From the NCBI GenBank assembly GCA_035776755.1, contig DASTWS010000033.1, forward strand, positions 9,771 through 73,770: a stretch of 64,000 nucleotides of DNA. The letters are read 5' to 3'. This document shows positions 57,737 through 64,000 of the stretch, one piece after another. The notes under the pieces are model-generated. The model searched no databases and had not been told where the DNA came from. It saw only the letters and a list, made by a program, of their open reading frames with translations. Made by a program: the position numbers and the translations under genes. The stretch is from Verrucomicrobiia bacterium (lineage in GTDB: Bacteria > Verrucomicrobiota > Verrucomicrobiia > Limisphaerales > UBA11358). Position 1 is the first letter of the stretch. Every line of letters begins with the position of its first letter.

Positions 57737-58747
57737 ATGATTGTCACGCCCGGCCAACTTTTTCGCCGAGCAGATTTTTATCATCAATTGGGACAGCTCG
57801 TCACCGCAGGCGTTCCAATCACCAATGCGTTGCAACAGATTTCGCATCGGCCGCCAGGATTTTCATATCGCAAGCCGTTGCAACAAACGCTCGTCGAATT
57901 GGCTCAAGGCAAACCGTTTTCGCAAAGTTTACGCGATGCTGACTGGTTACCGGATTTTGATTTGACCCTGATTGATGCCGGCGAACGCAGTGGCCGTCTC
58001 GACGCGTGTTTCCGCACGCTCGCGAACTATTACACCGAGCGCGGCAACATCGCGCGACAAATCGTCTCACAAATGCTTTACCCGGCATTTCTCATTCATT
58101 TCGCAGCGCTTGTCTTTTATATTGTTCTTCCATGGGCCAGATCTCAATTTAACGCCAGCATCCTGATGCTCTTTGCTGTTGTTGCGGTCAAAATTCTTCT
58201 GCCAATTTATTTGGTAATCGCTTTTATCATTGTCGCGAGCCAAAGCAAACGCGGCGAAGGCTGGCGCTCCTTTCTGGAACGTATTTTGCATCCTGTTCCG
58301 GTGCTTGGAACTGCCCGCCGCTCATTGGCGTTGTCGCGATTGTCCATGGCGCTGGAAGCGCTCATCAGTGCCGGCGTAAGCGTTACCGAAGCCTGGAAAT
58401 TTGCCGCAGCAGCCAGCAATTCGCCAGCGCTCAAACGAGTCGTCACAACCTGGAAACCACAGTTGGAATCCGGTTTGACCCCTGCGGAGCTGGTCAATGC
58501 GTCACGTTATTTTCCAACTATTTTTGCCAATCTCTATCAAACGGGCGAAGTGACCGGCAAACTGGACGAAACGTTACAACGAATGCATGTCTATTTTCAG
58601 GAAGACAGCTCGCACAAAATTAAATTGGTCGTGCGAGCGGTTTGCATGGCCGTTTATTTGGCAGCCGTTCTGCTGATTGCGATGAAAATCATCGGGTTTT
58701 ACACCGGTTATTTCCATCAGGTTTCAAATGTCATCAACGGATTTTAA
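57737..58747 (+). CDS. Type II secretion/type IV pilus platform protein F family (GspF/PilC-like)
   Basis: Two T2SSF-like repeats (FYHQLGQLVTAGVPITNAL...; LSMALEALISAGVSVTEAW...FANLYQTGEVTGKLDETL) and three TM segments. Confidence 0.8.
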   Translation: MIVTPGQLFRRADFYHQLGQLVTAGVPITNALQQISHRPPGFSYRKPLQQTLVELAQGKPFSQSLRDADWLPDFDLTLIDAGERSGRLDACFRTLANYYTERGNIARQIVSQMLYPAFLIHFAALVFYIVLPWARSQFNASILMLFAVVAVKILLPIYLVIAFIIVASQSKRGEGWRSFLERILHPVPVLGTARRSLALSRLSMALEALISAGVSVTEAWKFAAAASNSPALKRVVTTWKPQLESGLTPAELVNASRYFPTIFANLYQTGEVTGKLDETLQRMHVYFQEDSSHKIKLVVRAVCMAVYLAAVLLIAMKIIGFYTGYFHQVSNVINGF

Positions 58748-58786
58748 TTCCGTTGCTGTTTTCCATTTCAAAGCTAATTTCTTCGC

Positions 58787-59941
58787 GTGACTCTATCCGA
58801 AATCCTGTCGAATGAAGAATTGCGCCGGCGCGAATTCCCCGCCTGTCGCGATAAAATTTTTCTCGCGCACGCCGGTGTTTGCCCGTTGCCCAAACGTGTC
58901 GCTGACGCCATCGCCGATTGCGCCGCACAATCCACGCTCGGTGACCAAGAAGCGTTTATGCTTTCAAAATTGGACGAAGCGCGAAAGCTCGCCGCGCAAA
59001 TCATCCAATGCACGCCGGAAGAAATCGCACTCGTCGGGCCGACCTCGCTGGCCTTGAGTTTCGTCGCCGCCGGATTGCGCCTTCGCCGTGGCGATAACAT
59101 CCTCATTTACCACGACGATTATCCCTCGAACGTTTATCCGTGGATGGCGCTTGCCGAACGCGGCGTCGAAGTGCGCCTGCTCAACATCCGTAATCTGGGA
59201 ATCCTCCGCGCGCGCGATGTCATCGGCCAGGTGGACGAAAACACCAAACTCGTCGCGCTCGCGTCGTGTCATTTCATCAGCGGCTTTCGCATCGAACACG
59301 ATGCGATTGGAAAATTTTTGCACGAACGCAACATTTTATTTTGTCTTGATGCGATTCAAACTGTTGGCGCCTTCCCAACAACCGTTGAGCACGTGGATTT
59401 TCTGGCCGCAGACGCGCACAAATGGCTGCTCGGGCCGTGCGCCGCGGGAATTTTTTATGTCCGGCGGGATTTGCAGGAAAAATTAAATCCACGCGTTTAC
59501 GGATGGCACAACGTCCGCAATCCAAATTTTGTCGCGCAGGAAAGCATTGAATTCAAGCGCGACGCGCGAAAATTTGAAGCGGGAACCGCCAATCTGCTCG
59601 GCACGGTCGGCCTGGTGGCGGCGATGGAATTGATCCTGGAAATCGGCGTCGAAAATATCGCGGCCGAATTGTTGCGCAAACGCGCGTGGTTCATTCCGGA
59701 ATTACAGCAGCGTGGTTACACCGTTTTGAATGCGGATGCCAAACCGGAAAACGCCGGCGGAATGATTTCTTTTTTTTCCAAAGAAAAAGATTTGGCGCCG
59801 ATCCACAAGAAATTGACCGATGCCGGCATCACCACCTCGCTGCGTGTTGATCGTAAAGGGCAGAATTACATCCGTGTGGCGCCGCATTTTTACAACACGG
59901 ATGCGGAACTGCGACGCTCACTGGAAATTTTATCCGCCTGA
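58787..59941 (+). CDS. Class V aminotransferase / cysteine-desulfurase-like PLP enzyme
   Basis: FLAHAGVCPLP, FCLDAIQTVG, AADAHKWLLGP (PLP Lys), RVAPHFYNT. Confidence 0.8.
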   Translation: MTLSEILSNEELRRREFPACRDKIFLAHAGVCPLPKRVADAIADCAAQSTLGDQEAFMLSKLDEARKLAAQIIQCTPEEIALVGPTSLALSFVAAGLRLRRGDNILIYHDDYPSNVYPWMALAERGVEVRLLNIRNLGILRARDVIGQVDENTKLVALASCHFISGFRIEHDAIGKFLHERNILFCLDAIQTVGAFPTTVEHVDFLAADAHKWLLGPCAAGIFYVRRDLQEKLNPRVYGWHNVRNPNFVAQESIEFKRDARKFEAGTANLLGTVGLVAAMELILEIGVENIAAELLRKRAWFIPELQQRGYTVLNADAKPENAGGMISFFSKEKDLAPIHKKLTDAGITTSLRVDRKGQNYIRVAPHFYNTDAELRRSLEILSA

Positions 59942-59957
59942 TCGGCAAATTCCGAAA

Positions 59958-61019
59958 TCACGCGGCTTTCTTTTGCGGCAATCCGACCGTCACTGTCGTG
60001 AGTTGTCCTGGAATGGATGAAAACCGGATTTCTCCGCCGTGAGCCATGACGATCCACTGCGCGATACTTAAACCCAGACCGCAGCCGTCGATGGATTTGT
60101 TGTGGCTTGTGTCACCGCGGAAAAACCGCTCAAAGACGCGCGCTTGAAATTCGGGCGCGACGCCAACGCCGGTATTTTCAATTTTCAACTCTGCGATTTG
60201 ACCGTTGCCGCGCAATGAAACGTTCACGGTTCCGCCGGGCTGATTGTATTTGATGGCATTGTCCGTCAGGTTCAGCAGGAATTGTCGAAGACGATGCCGG
60301 TCGCCCGAAATGGTCGTTTCCTCACATGCGGTTAAATGGACCCGAATATTTTGCGGTTGAGCCAGGATCTTTGCATCGGCAAAACTTTCACGGACCAATT
60401 CGTCCATCCGCACCGGCTCAAAATTCAGTTTGATTTGCCCGGCATCGGCGCGGGTGAGCAACGTCAGGCCGTCCACAATTTTGGCCAGGCGCTCAATCTC
60501 ATCGATCTCGCTCAACAACCGCTCTTTTTGATTCGCGGTTAAATTTTCCTCGTGCAATGCAGTTTCCAATTCGCCGCGCAAAACGGTGAGCGGGGTTTTC
60601 AGCTCGTGGGAGGCGTGCAGCGTGAATTCACGGACGCGCTGGAATGAACCGTCCAGCCGGGCAGTCATGGCGTTGAACACGTCGGTAAGCCGATCCAATT
60701 CGTCGCCGTTATGCGTGCGGGGAATCTGGTCTTGCAAGTTCCGCTCATGAATTTTTTCCACCGCCTCGGTCAATTTTGTGACCGGCGCCAGCGCGCGCCG
60801 TGTGATCCACCAGCCGCCGAGCAGGCCAAGCAAAATCGCCGGCAGACCGACATCCAGGACCATTTCGCTGGCTTCATCCAGCGCATGTTCCCACAAATGG
60901 CTGCGATGATCGTGGCGCATTTGTTCGGCCAGTTCCTGATAGGTGCCCGCGCCGATGATGACCAGCGAGACGATCAAAATTGCCGCATACCAGATTGTCA
61001 GGCGCGTGCGGATTTTCAT
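59958..61019 (-). CDS. Sensor histidine kinase (HAMP-HisKA-HATPase_c), CusS-like
   Basis: FTLHASHELKTPLT H-box, NLTDNAIKY, NTGVGV, GCGLGLSI. 4-nt overlap with the response-regulator gene. Confidence 0.85.
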   Translation of the reverse strand: MKIRTRLTIWYAAILIVSLVIIGAGTYQELAEQMRHDHRSHLWEHALDEASEMVLDVGLPAILLGLLGGWWITRRALAPVTKLTEAVEKIHERNLQDQIPRTHNGDELDRLTDVFNAMTARLDGSFQRVREFTLHASHELKTPLTVLRGELETALHEENLTANQKERLLSEIDEIERLAKIVDGLTLLTRADAGQIKLNFEPVRMDELVRESFADAKILAQPQNIRVHLTACEETTISGDRHRLRQFLLNLTDNAIKYNQPGGTVNVSLRGNGQIAELKIENTGVGVAPEFQARVFERFFRGDTSHNKSIDGCGLGLSIAQWIVMAHGGEIRFSSIPGQLTTVTVGLPQKKAA

Positions 61020-61684
61020 TCTTTCAAAACGTAGCCGACGCCGCGGACGGTGTGCAGCAATTTGAGTTCAAAGCCTTCGTCAATTTTTTCGCGCAACCGC
61101 TTGACGTAAACATCCACGAGATTGGTGCCCGGATCGAAATCATAGTCCCAAACCTTTTCGATGATGCTCATGCGTCCACAGATGCGTCCGGCCGAGCGCA
61201 TCAGAAATTCCAACAGGCGAAATTCCCGGGCCGTGAGGTCGAAAAATTTTTCGCCGCGTTGCGCGCGATGCGAAATCGTATCCAGCGTCAGATCCGCGAC
61301 GCGCAACATCGTGGACCGGTTTTCGTTCCCCCGCCGGCTCAAGGCGCGAACCCGGGCGACCAATTCCGCGATGACGAATGGCTTGGGTAGATAATCATCC
61401 GCTCCGGCGTTCAAGCCTTCCACGCGTTCGTTCACGGCGCCGCGCGCCGACAGCAACAGCACCGGCGTGCCATTTTGCCGTTCGCGCAATTGTCGCAGCA
61501 CGCTCAAGCCATCGCGTTCCGGCAGCATGATGTCGAGCACAATGCCGTCGAACGGCACGGCGGCGGCGGCCGCCAGCGCGTCGTTGCCGCGATGGCAGAC
61601 ATCAACGGCAAAGCCGTCGGCCTGGAGTGCCTTGCGAATAAACGAGGCCGTCTTTTTTTCGTCTTCGACAACGAGCACGCGCAT
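61016..61684 (-). CDS. OmpR-family response regulator, CusR/CopR-like (heavy-metal type)
   Basis: MRVLVVEDEKKTASFIRKAL...LDIMLPERDG...GADDYLPKPF...LTAREFRLLEFLMR...TVRGVGYVLKE aligns closely by eye with E. coli CusR as recalled. Confidence 0.9.
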   Translation of the reverse strand: MRVLVVEDEKKTASFIRKALQADGFAVDVCHRGNDALAAAAAVPFDGIVLDIMLPERDGLSVLRQLRERQNGTPVLLLSARGAVNERVEGLNAGADDYLPKPFVIAELVARVRALSRRGNENRSTMLRVADLTLDTISHRAQRGEKFFDLTAREFRLLEFLMRSAGRICGRMSIIEKVWDYDFDPGTNLVDVYVKRLREKIDEGFELKLLHTVRGVGYVLKE

Positions 61685-61755
61685 ACGGGGAGATTAAAAC
61701 AGGAAAAGCCGCCATCAAATGAAATTTGCCGGCGGCGACGAAAGCGGACAAGGCT

Positions 61756-62094
61756 TCAATCGTGATCGTTTTCGGGCTTTTCGGATTCAACATTGACGAC
61801 CTCGCCGGTCATCCCGTCCACGTTCACCTCGGTGATGTTCGTCGAATCCGGCGTCGTAAATTCGAATGACCAAATCAGCCGGCCGGGTTCTTTTTCGATT
61901 TCACTGTCTTTGAGCGAGCCGTTGGGAACTTTTGTCAGCGCGGTTTTTTCCGCATCATCCTTGCTGACTTTGGCTTCAGCCATAAGTTTGGCCTCTTTGT
62001 GATAATGTCGTTCGCTATGTTCACCTTTTTTCGATTCGCAACCCGCCAGCAAGCCGGCGGCTAATCCCAGACAAACCATCGCTTTTATTTTCAT
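61756..62094 (-). CDS. PepSY-domain lipoprotein
   Basis: Lipobox LLAGC. KDDAEKTALTKVPNGSLKDSEIEKEPGRLIWSFEF...VNVDGMTGEVV is the PepSY pattern. Confidence 0.7.
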   Translation of the reverse strand: MKIKAMVCLGLAAGLLAGCESKKGEHSERHYHKEAKLMAEAKVSKDDAEKTALTKVPNGSLKDSEIEKEPGRLIWSFEFTTPDSTNITEVNVDGMTGEVVNVESEKPENDHD

Positions 62095-62162
62095 AATTAT
62101 TTTTCGAAGGCATTTTGCCAACGGCATCAGTTCAACAAACCAATGTGAAATGATGCTGAACC

Positions 62163-62186
62163 GAAAATGAATTTTTTGTCATTTTC
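62163..62186. promoter_or_regulatory. CusR/CopR-box-like dyad GAAAATGA-N8-TCATTTTC in the divergent intergenic region
   Basis: Perfect 8-bp inverted repeat. Same AAAATGA-N8-TCATTTT geometry as the E. coli CusR box AAAATGACAANNTTGTCATTTT (from memory). Confidence 0.55.
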
Positions 62187-62235
62187 GAAATTTTTCTGGA
62201 GTAAACGCGTCTATCCTTGAACTCTATTTTATATT

Positions 62236-63258
62236 ATGAAAACAAATCTGCTTCTCCTGTTCGCTTTGGTTTTCAGCCTGGGTTCCACCGCCGTCTCCTG
62301 GGCTGCGGGTCCGTATCATTTTCTCAAGGAAATTCCCATCGGCGGCGACGGCGGTTGGGATTATTTGAGCGTGGATCCGGCAGCGCACCGGCTTTACGTT
62401 TCCCACGCGACGAAAGTTGTGGTGATTGATTTGAACAATGACAAAATCGTCGGCGAAATCACCGACACCCCTGGCGTTCACGGTGTGGCCGTCGCACCGG
62501 AACTCGGACTTGGAGTCGCGAGCATTGGCCGCGAAAGCAAGGCCGGCATCGTTGATTTAAAAACCCTGAAGATGCTCGCCAAACTCGACACGGCGGAAGG
62601 CCCGGACGGCTACGCCTACAATCCGGTGAAAAAGGAAGTGTATTTATTCTGCGGCCGCGCGCAGACGGCAACGGTCCTTGATCTGAAGAAGCAAAAAGTG
62701 GTCGCCACCATTCCGCTGGGCGGCCGGCCGGAATTCGGGCAGGCCGACCCAAAAGCCAACTGGATTTACGACAATTTGGAAAATAAAAGCGAAGTGGCCG
62801 TCATTGACGGTAAATCGCACACGGTGGTGACCAATTGGCCAATCGCACCGGGCGAAGAACCGTCTGGCATGGCGATTGATTTGAAAAATCACAAATTATT
62901 CCTCGGCTGCGGCGGAAGCAAAACCATGGAAATGATGGATGACCGGACGGGAAAAATCCTGGCCAGCGTGCCCATTGGCGAAGGCGTGGACGCCAACGCA
63001 TTTGATCCGGAAACCCAATTGGCTTTCGCCTCGTGCGGTCGAAGCGGGACGACCACGATTGCCAAAGAAAATGGCGATCAATTGACCGTCGTCCAAACGC
63101 TGCAAACCGAGCCCGGCGCGCGAACGATGGCTTTGGACCCGAAGACGCACAACATTTATCTGGCCACGGCCAAAATGGAAGCACCCGCGCCCGGCGAACG
63201 CCGCGGCCGAATTGTTCCCGGCACATTCAAGATTTTGGTTTATGGCATGGACAAGTAA
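62236..63258 (+). CDS. Secreted YncE/YVTN-type beta-propeller repeat protein
   Basis: Signal peptide. Repeats of the DPAAHRLYVSHATKVVVIDL / GVAVAPELG / YNPVKKEVYL type. Confidence 0.7.
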   Translation: MKTNLLLLFALVFSLGSTAVSWAAGPYHFLKEIPIGGDGGWDYLSVDPAAHRLYVSHATKVVVIDLNNDKIVGEITDTPGVHGVAVAPELGLGVASIGRESKAGIVDLKTLKMLAKLDTAEGPDGYAYNPVKKEVYLFCGRAQTATVLDLKKQKVVATIPLGGRPEFGQADPKANWIYDNLENKSEVAVIDGKSHTVVTNWPIAPGEEPSGMAIDLKNHKLFLGCGGSKTMEMMDDRTGKILASVPIGEGVDANAFDPETQLAFASCGRSGTTTIAKENGDQLTVVQTLQTEPGARTMALDPKTHNIYLATAKMEAPAPGERRGRIVPGTFKILVYGMDK

Positions 63259-63276
63259 TCCGGGAATCATCATTTT

Positions 63277-64000
63277 GTGAAATTCTTACCAGCCGTTCTC
63301 GCCATCGCGCTGCTTGCCGGATGCGCGACCTATCATCCGCGTCCAATTTCCCCGGAACAGACAGCGAACGATTTTCAGGCGCGTTCGCTGGCGAACACAA
63401 ATCTCGTGGCGCTTTTAAAAACGAACGGCTTCAGCGGCTCATGGAATTTGCAATCGCTGACGCTCGCGGCCTTTTATTTTCAACCGGCGTTGGCCGAAGC
63501 GCGCGCACAATTCGCATCAACCGAAGCCGCTGAAATCACCGCCGGCGAGCGGCCCAATCCAACCGTTGGATTCACGCCCACTTATGATTTAACAACACCG
63601 CCGCCGTGGATTTTTACGGTGACCTGGGATATTCCGATTGAAACGATGGGCAAGCGCGGCAAGCGCGTCGCGCAGGCAAAACATCTCTCCGAAGCGGCCC
63701 AATGGGATTTTGTTTCCGCCGCCTGGCAGACGCGCAGCCGGGTCCGGAACGCGTTGCTGACACTTTATGCAGCGCGGCAAAATGCGGGGTTCCTGGCGTC
63801 AGAAGAAACGGCGCAACGCAAAGTGGTGCGATTGCTCGAAGGACAATTTTCCGCCGGCAGCATTTCCAGTTTTGAAGTGACGCAGGCGCGCGTAATTTTG
63901 GAAAACACCCAGTTGGCGCAGCAGGACGCCATTGGCCAAATAAAACAGGCGCGCATTCAATTGGCCGGCGCGATCGGTGTGCCGTTAAAAGCGCTTGATG
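63277..64000 (+). CDS. TolC/CzcC-family outer-membrane efflux lipoprotein, N-terminal part (runs off the window)
   Basis: Own translation from GTG 63277: (M)KFLPAVLAIALLAGCATYHP...LTLAAFYFQPALAEARAQ...ERPNPTVGF...ETMGKRGKRVAQA...SFEVTQARVILENTQ. Open to the window end. Confidence 0.75.
   Translation, partial: MKFLPAVLAIALLAGCATYHPRPISPEQTANDFQARSLANTNLVALLKTNGFSGSWNLQSLTLAAFYFQPALAEARAQFASTEAAEITAGERPNPTVGFTPTYDLTTPPPWIFTVTWDIPIETMGKRGKRVAQAKHLSEAAQWDFVSAAWQTRSRVRNALLTLYAARQNAGFLASEETAQRKVVRLLEGQFSAGSISSFEVTQARVILENTQLAQQDAIGQIKQARIQLAGAIGVPLKALD

Noticed and set aside
1-64000. Scan for CRISPR arrays, tRNA/rRNA genes, IS elements, integrases, reverse transcriptases and known riboswitches (for example purine upstream of guaA)
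   Set aside because: No regularly spaced direct repeats, no T-loop-like GGTTCRAWYCC motifs in the few gaps longer than 100 bp, no transposase or integrase-like translations, and no recognisable riboswitch cores were seen. This eye scan cannot exclude small or divergent RNAs.

Overview
Gene-dense 64-kb chromosomal segment. I recognised no rRNA, tRNA, CRISPR array or IS/transposase. It looks like a PVC-superphylum (Verrucomicrobiota-like) genome; this is an inference from an H-X9-DG/DUF1559 pseudopilin, several small prepilin-type proteins and a heavy load of secreted CAZymes. In order: (1) 0-11.7 kb, a pectin/rhamnogalacturonan-type glycan locus (enolase-family dehydratase, RraA-type aldolase, DUF3826, multidomain PL1, GH127, a 902-aa unassigned glycosidase, PL22) interrupted by a DUF433/DUF5615 toxin-antitoxin pair. 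(2) tetR-emrA-emrB-like efflux operon with a repeated 16-mer operator candidate, then NUDIX and MFS genes. (3) Three tandem GH95 paralogs followed by an aldo-keto reductase and an LgoD-like Zn dehydrogenase, a candidate L-fucose/L-galactose oxidative route. (4) A five-gene two-component/phosphorelay operon: CHASE3 hybrid kinase with HPt, REC-kinase, NtrC-type sigma-54 activator, a kinase-like protein with degenerate ATP-binding motifs, and a 4xPAS-GAF hybrid kinase. (5) A stress-protein island (YqjD/E/K-like, CBM48 protein, DUF3185, BON lipoprotein). (6) hisB, a TPR protein, an ABC-2 transporter and three tandem prepilin-type pilin genes. (7) Housekeeping and envelope genes (cysE, yebC-like, LptE/BamD-like, guaA, pdxH, RRM RNA-binding protein, trxA, orphan GspF). 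(8) A CusRS-like module with a CusR-box-like dyad and the start of a TolC/CzcC-type efflux operon. The most interesting signals are regulatory and non-coding. Four GG-N10-GC sigma-54-type promoters lie within 7 kb of the NtrC-type activator: two in front of stress genes with a shared TGCAA-N-TTGCA dyad, and two in front of pilin genes. There is also a possible sigma-54-driven leader, sORF or small RNA, and a leader RNA shared by two pilin paralogs with compensatory base changes. All functional calls come from reading the translations and motifs by eye; no database search was run.
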